Part shown: piece after piece, positions 27,690-39,595 of the stretch
How the letters are laid out: the number at the start of each line of letters is the position of its first letter
How positions within the stretch are numbered: position 1 is the stretch's first letter
Source: Squalus acanthias
Lineage: Eukaryota
Length of the DNA stretch: 64,000 bases
Reading direction: 5' to 3'
Assembly: GCA_030390025.1 (NCBI GenBank)
Contig: CM059431.1
Span: 157,978,001 to 158,042,000, forward strand
Notes under the pieces: model-generated
The model's database searches: none
The model's input: only the letters and a program-made list of their open reading frames with translations
Told to the model about the DNA's origin: nothing
Translations under genes and position numbers: made by a program

Positions 27690-28215
27690 ATCCTCTGCTG
27701 GATGAATAGCCCAGGGTACTCTAAACATTTGCATAGCACAGGTTACTCTGCCATTTTACAGGACGTATATCTAAGGGTTATTTGAAACTTTACAAGCCCA
27801 GCAGCTCAACTACTCTGACTACCAACTGGTTCAATAGTTGTGGGACCTCAGACAATCTAAAGGCCCAAGATCACAGGGTTTCTAATGTTCGAAACCGCCA
27901 CTATCCCAGCATAATCGTAACTTCTGTATATTCCAGAGTACTCTGACACTCTGCATAGCCGAGTGTACGCTGACCCGTTACTGGACGAATAGCCCAGATG
28001 GCTCTGACCTTCCAAAGGCCGAATTCTGAAAATATACAGATTCAATCTCCCAGGGTAATCCGAAATTCCATATAGCCAGCCTCCCCTGACCCTCTTCAGA
28101 CTCAATAGCCCAGGAACTCTGACCATCTACGGATTCATTAGCCAAGTGTACTGCCGGAGTAGAGCAGGTTCTCTGACATTCTGCAGGTCTAATAGAAAAT
28201 TTACTCTGTCCTACT
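27690..28215. repeat. Same satellite as 19915-21440, right part
   Basis: aatagcccagggtactct and ctgaccctcttcagactcaatagcccagg units resume directly after the CR1 tail. Confidence 0.8.
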
Positions 28216-28224
28216 GTTTTTTTT

Positions 28225-29158
28225 TAATTAATTCATTGGATGTGTGCGTCGCTGGCAAGGTCAACATTTTTTGCCCATCCGCAATTGCCCTTGAGAAGCT
28301 GGTGGTGAGCCGCCTTCTTGAACCGCTTCAGTCCATGTGGTGAGGGTACTCCCACAGTGAGGTCAGGGACGGAGTTCCAGGATTGTGATCAAGCGAGGAT
28401 GAAGGATCGGCTATATACTTCCAAGTCAGGATCGTGTGTGACTTTGAGGGGAACTTGGAGGTGGTGGTGTTCTCATGCGCCTGCTGCCCTTGTCCTTCTA
28501 GCTGATAGAGGTCGCGGATTTTGGCGGTGCTGTTGAAGATGCCTTTGCGAGTCGCTGCAGTGCATCTTGTAGATGGTATACACTGCAGCCACGGTACGCC
28601 GGTGGTGGAGGAAGTGAATGTTTAAGATGGTGGATGGGGTGCCAATCATGAGTGATGCATTGTCCTGACTGGTATCGAGCTTATTGAGTGTTGTTGGAGC
28701 TGCACTCATCCGTGCAAGTGGAGAGTATTCCATCACACTCCTGACTTTTGCCGTGTAGATGGTGGACAGCCTTTGGGAGTCAGGAGGTGAGACACTCCTC
28801 GCAGAATACCTAGCCTGTGAACTGCTCTTGTTGTAACAGTATTTATATGCCGATAAGTGAAAAGTAACATTTGCGTCACAAAAGTGCCAGGAACTCACAA
28901 TCCACAACAAGAAAGTGTCAAACCACCTCCCCTTGACATTCAACGGCATTACGATTGCCGAATCCCCCACCATTAACATCCAGGGTGTCACCATAGTCCG
29001 AAGCTTTAGTGGACCAGCCACATAAATACCGTGGCAACAAGAGCAGATCAGAGGCTGGTTGGTCTGCGATGAGTGTCTCACCTTCTTACTCCCCAAGGGA
29101 AATCAGCAATGGGCAATAAATGCTGGCCTTACCAACGACGCCAACATCCAGTTAATGG
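28225..29158. mobile_element. Two head-to-head 3' fragments of the LINE family seen at 5655-7954
   Basis: Minus 28225-28850 (VRSVMEYSPLARMSAAPTT) and plus 28851-29158 ending gggcaataaatgctggcc. Confidence 0.75.
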
Positions 29159-29159
29159 A

Positions 29160-32100
29160 TTCGGCCCAACCAGTCTTTGCTGGTGTTTATGCTCCACTCA
29201 AACGTCCACCCATATTTCCTTATCTAACTCCAGCAGCAAACCCTCAATTCCCTTCTCCCTCCCATGCTTATCTAGCTTCCGCTTTAAAACATCTATACTA
29301 CTTGCCTCAACCACTCCCTGAGTTAGTGAGTTCAACATTCTCACCACTCTCTAGGTGAATACCTTTCTTTTGAATTTCCCTTTTTGATTTCTTGTTGGCC
29401 ATCTTATATTGATGCCTCTACTTTTTGTCTTCCTTACAAGTGGACGCACTCTCTCTGTATCTACTCTATCAAAACCTTTCCTAATTTTAAAGAACACTAT
29501 TAGGTTATTCCTCCGCCTTCTCGTTTCAATAGAAAAGAAACACAGCCTGTTCATACTTTCCTGATAGGTATATCTAGTATCATCCTTTTAAATCTCTGTG
29601 GTCCCCCTCATGTGCCTCTATATCTTTTTTTATAAAATGGCAACCAGATTTGTGCACAGTACTCAAGTGTGGTATAACTACGGTTCGATACAAGTTTAAC
29701 ATAACTTCTCTACAATTCTATCCCTCTAGAAATAACCCCTAATACGTGGTTTTATTTTTAAGGCATTATTAACCTGGGTCGCTACTTTTAAATGATTTGT
29801 GTATTTTCATTCCCAGATCCCTTTGCAGCTCTGCCGGGTTCAGATTATATTTCCCAAGTAATATGTGACCGCCTTATTTTGCTTTTCAACATTTAATACC
29901 TCGCACTTTTTCTGTTGTAATTAATTGGCCAATTATATGTCCAGTCTGCAAGTTTATTAATGTCTTCTTATAATTTATTGCACTGCTCCTGAGCTTTGAT
30001 TATCCCCACCCACCAATTTGTTGTTCCCAAATTTAGAAATGTTGTTTTAGATTCCAAAGTCCAAATCGCCAATATAAATTTTGAAAACCGTGGTGCCAGC
30101 ACTGATCTGTGGGGTCCGACTTCCCACCTTCTGCAACGCTGAATATTTAACTTTTACCCCATTGTCTGCTTTCTATCTTGCAGTCAGCTAGCTATAAATT
30201 GAGCTACTTCTCCCCTGACTCCACATGCTCTAACATTATTCATTATTTTATTACGTGGTTCCTTAACGAAAGCCTTTTGGAAAACTAGATATATTACATG
30301 TACTGACTTACCTTTATCTACGCTCTCTGTTACCTTTTCAAAATATTTCATGAGGTTGGTCAAGCAAGACTTTCCCTTTAGAAATCTATGCTGAGTATTT
30401 ATCATTATATATTTGCTTTAAAGATGTTTTTCTATTTTCATTTTTAACATGGATTCCATTATATTTCCTACCACCAATGTTAAGCTGATTGGTCTATAGT
30501 TCCCTGGACATGTTCTATCTCCCTTCTTAAATAGAGGTATAACGTTAGCTAACCACGCGTCCTGTGGAACTACATCTTTTCCTAACGAATTACTTACTAT
30601 GTGTAATAGTGCCTCTTCTATCTCTTCTCTTGATTATGTCTCCCTGTAAATACTGACGCAAAGTAATTATTTAATATTTCTGCCATTTCGCTGTCGCTGC
30701 ATTTGAGTTTAACCAGCCAGCCTTTGATGGCTCTATTCCCATCCCAACATTCCTTTTTTAAATTTACATGCCTGGAGTATATTTTGCTTTTATATGTTCC
30801 TTTATAATTTAGTTTGAAAGTTCCTCTTTGCCATTCTGATTGTTTTTTGATTTCTCCCAATTTTTTTCGTATTTCGCTTGTCATGCTCTCTACTGCTGTC
30901 CATGTAATTAGAGTATGCTTCTTTCCTTAACCTCACTTGTTCCCTTCGTCATTATTCATCCATGGTGTATCATTACTGTTTATTTGGTTCTTGTTTTTTA
31001 GCGAAATATATTTTTCCTGGATTGAGCAGAACGACTTTTAAATGCTTCCCATTAATGTACTATATTTTTGTTTGCCAATACTGTTGTCCATTTTATTTTC
31101 CAAGCTGAGCCGCTCAAAATCAGCTTTTCTTCATTCTATTGCTTATGATCTTCTCAATTATTATCTTAAAATATATTATGTTATGGCCACGATTGTCTCG
31201 ATGTTCCCCTACTTTTACTTAGCTTATTTGCTCTGGTTCAATCCAGTAGCGAATCCTCCCTTGTTGGACTTCTTACATAATGGTTTTAATGGAATCCTAT
31301 GCACATTGTCGGGATTCCATTCATTTATCCCATTTATCTCCCTCATCTGGCCCATTAATTTCGGTGTAGTTGAAATCCCCCATGATTATTATTCTAGGCC
31401 AGAAATTCGGTTCCCTGGCTTCCCGCGGGTGCAAGGATCGCGCGCGCACCTACCTACCGCGATGCCGTTGACCTCTTGCCCGACGGGGACTTCGGCTCCT
31501 GGGCCTCCTCCAACTGCCGGCGAACAGGGCTTGTGTATCCCAGGGGCGTAGTTAGTGCGATGCGTCCCCTGGGATCACGTGGGCCATGGAGAGCCAATGG
31601 CAGCAGACCATCTTTCATTCACAGATTTGACAGGAAGAGCTGTCAAATCTATGAATACAGATCGGCTCCAAAACATCCCTAAAACTACAAATAAATAAAA
31701 AAAACATAACATTTTTAAAATAACTATAAATTAAATTTATTAAATATTTTAAACAAAAATTTTAATTTTTGAAAAAATTAATTAATTTTTTACGGGGCTA
31801 AAACTAAACTGACATTTCTTTAAAGTAATTAAAAAAGATAAATCTGTGAAAAAAATGATTAAATTTTAATAAAATCAACACTTACCTTATTAAAAGAAGG
31901 CCTTGCACCTCCATTTTAAAAGTGTATCTTCTCCGTGCTTAACTTCATGGAGGAACCTGTAAAAAAAAAACGATGTGCGAGGTAAACGCACTGGCCCTCT
32001 GGCGTGCGCGTTCGACCTCTGAACCCCATCCTTCAGGGGAACGGAAGTGCCGGTTTCCCGCGCATGCGCAGTGCATGCAAGAAACCGTCACTTTCGTTGG

Positions 32101-32462
32101 GCCTACGGGTGAGTACATAGTGCGTCCTCACCGGACAACAGCCGAATTTCTGCCCCTCTATCTTTTCACTCATTTCCCTAATGTATTTGCATATTTCTTT
32201 CACCTTCTCCCTTCCACTATTAGGTGGTTTGTACGCTACCCCTATTAATGTGACTGATCCTTTATTATATTTTATCTCTATCCAAATTGATTCATTTTAT
32301 CTCTTACTGATGGCTACGTCACTTTTTCTACTACCATTAATATATCTCCAATAAGTACAGGTACTCCACCTCCACTTTTCCCTCTCTATCTTTTCTATAT
32401 ATGTTGCACAAGGCAATGGTTAATTCCCAGTCATGAATATTGCTGTAGCCACGTCTCAGTAA
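29160..32462 (-). mobile_element. Old decayed CR1 ORF2, interrupted by a TIR element
   Basis: [32 protein letters not shown] and ETWLQ remnants. Confidence 0.8.
31395..32156. mobile_element. Non-autonomous DNA transposon (MITE-like, possibly PIF/Harbinger)
   Basis: TIR aggccagaaattcgg / ccgaatttctgcccc, flanked by tct on both sides. Internal hairpin at 31617-31656. Confidence 0.75.
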
Positions 32463-32469
32463 TCTCTCA

Positions 32470-33810
32470 ATAACAGTTTAAATGGTGAGAAATAAAGTCG
32501 AATCGAGGACACGAAACTGAATCCAGATAGATAAACCGATTTCCCTGCAAAGTATTCAGAATCGCAGAGTAACCATTGTTATCACACACAGAATTTATGA
32601 CTTTAATGAAAATAATCGTAATTTATCAGAACACTTTAATCCCAATGAGACTGTGTTTAATTCAGATCGAAACTTGCTCCAGAGAAAAGGCAGGAAGGGA
32701 TTGTACTGATCAGACTGAATCCCGGGTTTATGACTGTGTGTGCAACTGACCTTTAGCCAGGGTGTGTTCATTATCCTGCAGAACGCACAACGCTAATTTA
32801 GCCAGACTCTCGGGAACCAGAATCAGGATACGCAACACATATGAATGGACATATCGCCGTTGAATTCTGTCGATCTTCGATGATAGTGAAACTTTATATT
32901 ATATATAGGGGATGGGGTAAGAAAGGATTGCTTTTTTCAGAAATCAGTTTGCTGGAAGCAGGGGCATTAAACGGAGTAAAACTTCCAAATACATACACAG
33001 CCGCTGACGTTCTGCGGTTGTAAATAATATTTAAATAATTACTCTTCTATGACAACGTTACGACGAACAATTTAGAGGTCGAGACTTTTGAACACAAAAC
33101 GTAACTACTAACTTTCACCGAGTACCAAAGTTTCAAGCTATGGGTGTTTTGCCGTTTCACTCTCATTGAAATCAGGATACAAAACCGGGTGAAATGCAGT
33201 CTTTGTTCTCGAGGTGAGGTACGGTCTCCTGTTCTCCGGCATTCAAATCTTGCATCAGTGAAAAAATCCAGAAACGGTCATTTCTGGCACCACCCGAACT
33301 GAATATCGGAAAGCAGGTTATTGATGAGTGAATGTTGTTTGATGGCTCTATCGATTAGTCCATCCATCGCTTTGCTGATCATTATAAGGCAGCTGATACG
33401 TCAGTAATTGGCAGGATACAGTCTGATGTTGAATTTTTGGTTAGGACACAGCTGGTCATCCTTGTATATTATCCATCAGATGCCATGTCAGATGCACTAG
33501 ATTAGCTTGGCTTGGGGTGGGGAGAGCTAGTTATGAAGTTGAGCCCTTCTACAGCTAATGGTGGTATGTAGTCAAAACCAAAAGTATTCACTGTGTTCTG
33601 TGCATTTTTCTGCTTCTTAACATCAAGTGGATGGAACTAATATTTCAGGTAATGACTGTATGAGTGATGCAAAATCTCGATGATTCCCAATAGAATCATC
33701 CAATTGGCCATTTTGGCTGAAGACACTGTCACGCACTTCACTCTTCTCTCTTGAAATCACGTGCTGTTGTTACACTTATTTCAAGATAGAAACGTTCATA
33801 GAGTCGCATG
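32470..33810. repeat. Low-copy duplicated block, copy 3 (carries the empty Penelope site)
   Basis: Colinear with 136-1327 joined to 3920-4140. A single ccaaaagtattcact at 33578-33592 stands where copy 1 has the TSD pair. Confidence 0.85.
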
Positions 33811-33814
33811 CTCC

Positions 33815-34440
33815 AGGGAAATGGCAGAGAATTTGAACAAATATTTTTTTTATCGGTCTTCACGCTAGAAAACAATAAAAGCATCCCAATAATAATTGAT
33901 AATCAAGGGGTTATAGGGATGAAGGAACATAAACCAATCACTATCAGTAGAGAAAAAAAGTTCCAGGAAAACGAATAGGACTAACGGCTAACAAGTCCAT
34001 TGGACCCGATGGCCTGCATTCTTGGGTCTTAACATAAGTGGCTGCAGAGATAGTGGATGCATTGATTGTAATCTAACAAAATTCCCTGGATTCTGGACAG
34101 GTCCCAACGGATTGGAGAACCACAAATGTAACTCCCTTATTCAAGAAAGGAGGGAGACAGAAAGCTGGAAATTATAGGCCAGTTAGTATAAGATCTGTCA
34201 TTGGAAAAATGCTGGAATCCATTACTAAGGAAGACATAGCAGGACTTTTAGAAAATCATAATACAATGAGGCAGTCAACATGGTTTTATGAAAGGGAAAC
34301 CGTGTTTGACAAATTGACTAGAGTTCTTTGAGGATGTCACGAGCAGGATGGAAAAAAGGGGAAACAGGAGATGTAGTGTATTTGGATCTCCAGAAGGCAT
34401 TCGATAAGGTGCCACATAAAAGGTTACTGCACAAGATAAG
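33815..34440 (+). mobile_element. CR1 RT fragment
   Basis: [31 protein letters not shown] and [15 protein letters not shown] remnants. Confidence 0.8.
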
Positions 34441-35154
34441 AATAGAAGCATAGAAGCATAGAAGGTAGGAGCAGGTGTAGGCCATTCGGCCCCTCGAGCC
34501 AGCTCCGCCATTTAATAAGATCATGGCTGATCATCCAAATTCAGTACCCTGTCCCTGCTTTCTCCCCATATACCTTGATCCCTTTAACCTTAAGAAATAT
34601 ATGTATGTCCTTCCTGAATATATTTAATGAATTGGCCTCAACTGCCTTCTGTGGCAGAGAATTCCACAGGTTCATCACTCTCTGGGTGAAGAAATTCCTC
34701 CTCATCTCAGTCATAAATGGCTTACCCCTTATCCTTCGACTGTGACCTCTGGTTCTGGACTCCCCCTTCCTGCATCTAGTCTGCCTAGTGCTGTTCGGAT
34801 TGTATAAGTTTCAATGAGATCCCCTCTCATTCTTCTAAACTCTAGCGAATATAAGCCTAATCGACCCAATCTCTGTTCATACGTCAATCCTGCCATCCCA
34901 GGTATCAGTCCGGTAAATCTTTGCTACACTCCCTTCATGGCAAGAACATCTTTCCTCAGATAAGGCGACCAAAACTGCACACAATACTCAAGGTGTGGTC
35001 TTACCAAAGCCTTGTACAACTACAACAAGACATCCTTGCTCCTGTACTCGAATACATAGAAACATAGAAACATAGAAAATAGGTACAGGAGTAGACCATT
35101 CGGTCCTTCGAGCCTGCACCGCCATTCAATGCGTTCATGGCTGAACATGCTACC

Positions 35155-38010
35155 TCAGTACCCCATTCCTGCTTTCTCGCCATACCCCTTGATCACCCTA
35201 GTTGTGAGTGTTATATCTAACTCCCTTTTGAATATATTTAGCGAACTGGCCTCAACAACCTTCTGTGAAAGAGAATTCCATAGATTCACCACTCTCTGGG
35301 TGAAGAAGTTCCTCCTCAGCTCAGTCCTAAATGGCTTCCCCTTAATCCTTAGACTGTGACCCCTGGTTCTAGTTTTCCCTACCATTGGGAACATTCTGCC
35401 CGCATCTAATTTGTCTAAACCAGTCAGGATTTCAAATGTCTCTATAAGATCCCCCCTCATTCTTCTGAACTCCAGAGGATACAAGTTCAGTTGACCCAAT
35501 CTTTCTTGATATGTCAGTCCGGCCATCCCAGGAATCAATCTAGTGAACCTTCGCTGCACTCCCTCAATAGCAAGAATGTCCTTCCTTAAGTTAGGAGACC
35601 AAAACTGCGCACAATACTCCAGGTGTGGCCTCACCAAGGCCCTGTACAACTGCAGCATCACCTCCCTACTCCTGTACTCAAATCCCCTTACTATGAAGGC
35701 CATCATTCCGTTTGCTTTCTTGACTGCCTGCTGCACTTGCATTCCCACCTTCAATGACTGATGTACCATGATGCCCAGGTCTCGTTGCACCTCCCCTTTC
35801 CCTAATCTGCCACCATTCAGGTAATAGTCCGCCTCTCTATTTTTACCACCAAAGTGGATAACCTCACATTTATCCACATTGTACTTCATCTGCCATACAT
35901 TTGCCCATTCACCCAACCTGTCCAAGTCACTCTGTAGCCTCCTAGCATCCTCCTCATTGTTCACACTGCCTCCCAATTTAGTGTCATCCGCAAATTTGGA
36001 GATATTACATTTAATCCCTTCGTCCAAATCATTAATATATAATGTAAACAGCTGGGGTCCCAGCACCGAACCCTGCGGTACCCCGCTGGTCACTGCCTGC
36101 CATTCTGAAAAGTACCCATTTACTCCTACTCTTTGTTTCCTGTGTGCCAACCAGTTCTCAATCCACGTCAACACATTACCCCCAATCCCATGTGCTTTAA
36201 CTTTGCTCACCAATCTCTTGTGTGGAACCTTGTCGAAGGCCTTCTGAAAGTCCAAATACACCACATCTACTGGTTCCCCCCTGTCCACCCTATTGGAAAC
36301 ATCCTCAAGAAATTCCAGAAGATTTGTCAAGCATGATTTCCCTTTCACAAATCCATGCTGACTTGGACCTATCATGTCGCCACTTTCCAAATGGTCTGTT
36401 ATGACATCTTTAATAATTGCTTCCATCATTTTACCCACAACCGATGTCAGGCTGACCGGTCTATAATTCCCTGCTTTCTCCCTCCCTCCTTTTTTAAAAA
36501 GAGGGGTTACATTGGCCACCCTCCACTCCATCGGAACTGATCCAGAGTCTAAGGAATGTTGGAAAATGATCGTCATTGAATCCACTATTTCCAAGACCAC
36601 CTCCTTAAGTACTCTGGGATGCAGACCATCAGGCCCCGGGGATTTTTCAGCCTTCAGTCCCATCAATTTTCCCAATACCTTTTCCCGACTAATAAGGATT
36701 TCCTTCAGCTCCTCCCTCTTACCAGATCCTCTGACCCCTTTTATTTCCGGCAGGTTGTGTGTGTCCTCCACAGTAAACACCGAACCAAAGTACTTGTTCA
36801 ATTGATCTGTCATTTCCTTGTTCCCCATTACGACTTCCCCTGTTTCCGACTGCAGGGGACCTACGTTTGTTTTTACTAACCTCTTTCTTTTTATATATTT
36901 ATAGAAGCTTTTGCTGTCCATTTTAATGTTCTCTGCAAGCTTCCTTTCATATTTTATTTTCCCTGCCCTAATCAAACCCTTCGTCCTCCTCTGCTGAGTT
37001 TTGAAGTTCTCCCATTCCCCGTGTTTGCTGCTACTTCTGGCCAATTTGTATGCAACTTCCTTGGTTTTAATACTATCCCTGATTTCCCTTGTTAGCCATG
37101 GTTGAGCCACCTTCCCTTTTTTATTTTTACGCCAGACCGGGATGTACAATTGTTGTAGTTCATCCATGCGATCTCTAAATGTCTGCCATTGCCCTTCCAC
37201 TGATAGCCCCTTAAATATCGCTTGCCAATTTAACCTCGCCAATTCACGCCTCATACCCTCAAAGTTGCCCTTATTTAAGTTCTGGACCATGGTCTCTGAC
37301 TTAACTGTTTCCTTCTCCATCCTAATGTAGAACTCCACCATACTATGGTCACTCTTCCCCAGGGGGCCTCGTACCACAAGATTGCTGATTAGTCCTTCCT
37401 CATTACACAACACCCAGTCCAGGATGGCCTCCCCTCGAGTTGGTTCCTCAACATATTGGTTTAGGAAACCATCCCTTAAACACTCCAGGAAATGCTCCTC
37501 CACCGTATTGCTTCCAGTTTGAGTAGCCCAATCTATATGCATATTAAAGTCACCCATGATAACTGCCGTGCCTTTTTTGCACGCACCTCTGATTTCCTGT
37601 TTCATACCCTCCCCCACCTCACTACTGCTGTTTGGAGGTCTGTACACAACTCCCACTAACGTTTTCTGCCCTTTGGTGTTCTGCAGCTCAACCCATATTG
37701 ATTCCACATCCTCCAAGCTGATGTCCTTCCTAGCTATTGCATTAATCTCCTCTTTAACCAGCAATGCTACCCCACCCCCTTTTCCTTTTATTCTATCCTT
37801 TCTGAATGTTGAATACCCCTGGATGTTCAGTTCCCAGCCTTGATTGTTCTGGAGCCACGTCTCTGTAATCCCAATCACATCGTATCCGTTAACATTTATT
37901 TGCACAGTCAATTCATCCACCTTATTACGGATACTCCTTGCATTAAGACACAGAGCCTTTAGGCTTGTTTTATTAACATCCTTTGTCCTTTTAGACTTAT
38001 GATTTAGCAT
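35155..38010 (-). CDS. Uninterrupted CR1 ORF2 (AP endonuclease + reverse transcriptase), 951 aa, in a young element spanning ~35054-38013
   Basis: LNARS, ITETW, YRPPN, MGDFN, SDH (endonuclease); [32 protein letters not shown] (RT). No stops. ORF1 and 5' UTR are absent. Confidence 0.93.
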   Translation of the reverse strand: MLNHKSKRTKDVNKTSLKALCLNARSIRNKVDELTVQINVNGYDVIGITETWLQNNQGWELNIQGYSTFRKDRIKGKGGGVALLVKEEINAIARKDISLEDVESIWVELQNTKGQKTLVGVVYRPPNSSSEVGEGMKQEIRGACKKGTAVIMGDFNMHIDWATQTGSNTVEEHFLECLRDGFLNQYVEEPTRGEAILDWVLCNEEGLISNLVVRGPLGKSDHSMVEFYIRMEKETVKSETMVQNLNKGNFEGMRRELARLNWQAIFKGLSVEGQWQTFRDRMDELQQLYIPVWRKNKKGKVAQPWLTREIRDSIKTKEVAYKLARSSSKHGEWENFKTQQRRTKGLIRAGKIKYERKLAENIKMDSKSFYKYIKRKRLVKTNVGPLQSETGEVVMGNKEMTDQLNKYFGSVFTVEDTHNLPEIKGVRGSGKREELKEILISREKVLGKLMGLKAEKSPGPDGLHPRVLKEVVLEIVDSMTIIFQHSLDSGSVPMEWRVANVTPLFKKGGREKAGNYRPVSLTSVVGKMMEAIIKDVITDHLESGDMIGPSQHGFVKGKSCLTNLLEFLEDVSNRVDRGEPVDVVYLDFQKAFDKVPHKRLVSKVKAHGIGGNVLTWIENWLAHRKQRVGVNGYFSEWQAVTSGVPQGSVLGPQLFTLYINDLDEGIKCNISKFADDTKLGGSVNNEEDARRLQSDLDRLGEWANVWQMKYNVDKCEVIHFGGKNREADYYLNGGRLGKGEVQRDLGIMVHQSLKVGMQVQQAVKKANGMMAFIVRGFEYRSREVMLQLYRALVRPHLEYCAQFWSPNLRKDILAIEGVQRRFTRLIPGMAGLTYQERLGQLNLYPLEFRRMRGDLIETFEILTGLDKLDAGRMFPMVGKTRTRGHSLRIKGKPFRTELRRNFFTQRVVNLWNSLSQKVVEASSLNIFKRELDITLTTRVIKGYGEKAGMGY

Positions 38011-38336
38011 GGCTCTCTCGCTATGAAGCTCAACATACCATTTGCCTTCTTAACCGACTGTTGCACATACATGCTTACCTTCAGCGACTGGTGCACATGG
38101 ACTCCCAGATCTCGTTACACTTCCCCTTTTCCCAATCTATTGCGGTTCAGATAATAATCTGTCTTCCTGTTTTTGCCACCAAAGTGGATAACCTCGCATT
38201 TATCCACATTATACTGCATCTGCCATGCATCTGCCCAATCATACAACCTGTTCAAATCATACTGGAGTTTCTCTGCATTCTCCTCAAAGCACACACGCTC
38301 ACCCAGCTTTGTGTCGTCTGCAAACTTAGAGATTTT

Positions 38337-39096
38337 GGGTCGGAAATTCGGCTTTCCGGCTTCCTGCGAGTGCAAGCATCATGCGCATACATGCCTACCG
38401 CATCTGCGGTTGTGCTTTGGGCCCACGAGGACTTCGGAACCTGGCCCTCCTGCAGCTGCTGGCGTGCAGTGCTTGCGTATCCCAGGGGCGCAGTTAGTTC
38501 GAAGTGTCCCCTGTGATCACGTGGGCCATGGAGACCCAATCCTAACAGGGCATTTTCAATCATAGATTTGACAGGTAGACCTGTCAAATCTATGAATAGA
38601 GATCGGCCCCAAAAGCACACATAAACTTCAAATATTTTTTTTTAAATGACGTTTTTAAAATAACTATAAGTTTCTAAAATTAACTACTTACACAAAAATA
38701 TAAATTTTTGAATAAATTATTTATACTTTTTAACGGTGCAAAAATAAACTTACCTTTCTTTAAAGTATCTAAAAAAGGTAAACCTGTTGAAAAAATGTTT
38801 AAATTGTAATTAATTAACCACTTACCTTGTAAAAAACAGGATTTGCGCCTCCTATTTAAAAGTGCAGCTTCTCCATACTTACCCTCCCGGATAAACCTGA
38901 AAAAAAAAGCGAAGTTCGCTGCGTGCATGCAGCCTCTCCCGCGCACGCGTTCCACCTCTGAACCCCTTTATTTCAGGGCAACGGAAGTTCCGGTTTGCCG
39001 CGCATGCGCAGTGCATGCAGGAAACCGGCACTTCAGTTGGCCTTACGGGTGAGTACATAGCACGTACTCACCCGACAAGAGCCGAATTTCTGGCCC
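38337..39096. mobile_element. Non-autonomous DNA transposon, same family as 31395-32156
   Basis: TIR gggtcggaaattcggct / agccgaatttctggccc; colinear with the 31395 copy; perfect internal palindrome at 38560-38595. Confidence 0.8.
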
Positions 39097-39225
39097 ATTA
39101 CATCTAGTTCCCTCGTCTAGATCATCAATATATATTGTGAATAGCTGGGATCCTAGCACCGATCCCTGCGGTACCCCACTAGCCACTGCCTGCCGTGCGG
39201 AAAAAGAACCGTTTATTCCAACTCT

Positions 39226-39595
39226 GGGGGCGGTTCCTCGGTGAACTTGAGGCAGCGCGCGCGCAGCACACTTAGGTTTTTTTTCAGGTTTCAACGCGAG
39301 GGTAAGTATGGAAGATTTTACACAAGTAAAAAGGAGGCGTAAGACCCCTTTTGAACAAGGTAAGTAGTTAATTAAGTATAATTTTAATTTTTTTTCTACA
39401 GTTTTATCTTTTTTAGAGACTTTAAGGAAAGGTAAGTTTATTTTTATAACTTTTAAAAAGAATTTAAATTTTTTCAAAAACTTTTGTTTAAAGTGGTTAA
39501 TTTATTTAACTATAGATATTTTATTAATGTGATGGGCTTTTTTAAATTTATTTGAGGTTTAGCTGTCTTTTGTGGCCGATTTAAATTCTTATGTT
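39226..39595. mobile_element. Inverted internal fragment of the same TIR-element family
   Basis: ttttttcaggttt..gagggtaagtatggaag..acaaggtaagt is reverse-complementary to ~38600-38965. Confidence 0.7.

Larger units (their letters stand above)
21470..27690 (+). mobile_element. Near full-length decayed CR1 LINE (5' UTR, ORF1 zinc-finger + SGNH esterase, ORF2)
   Basis: ORF1 start MAGQLGTVDCSS..CRNC; esterase block AIVIGDCIVRG..VVVHIGTND (22239-22607); ORF2 remnants run to 27158 ([15 protein letters not shown]); tail ctatgactctatga. Confidence 0.9.
34441..39225 (-). mobile_element. CR1 3' portion split by two nested insertions
   Basis: Pieces 34441-35053, ~38014-38336 and 39097-39225 join into a contiguous CR1 RT C-terminus and 3' UTR. 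Confidence 0.8.

Noticed and set aside
24396..37843. Many + strand ORFs overlapping CR1 ORF2 (e.g. 25146-25514, 35879-36247)
   Set aside because: They are antisense shadows of the LINE reading frame.
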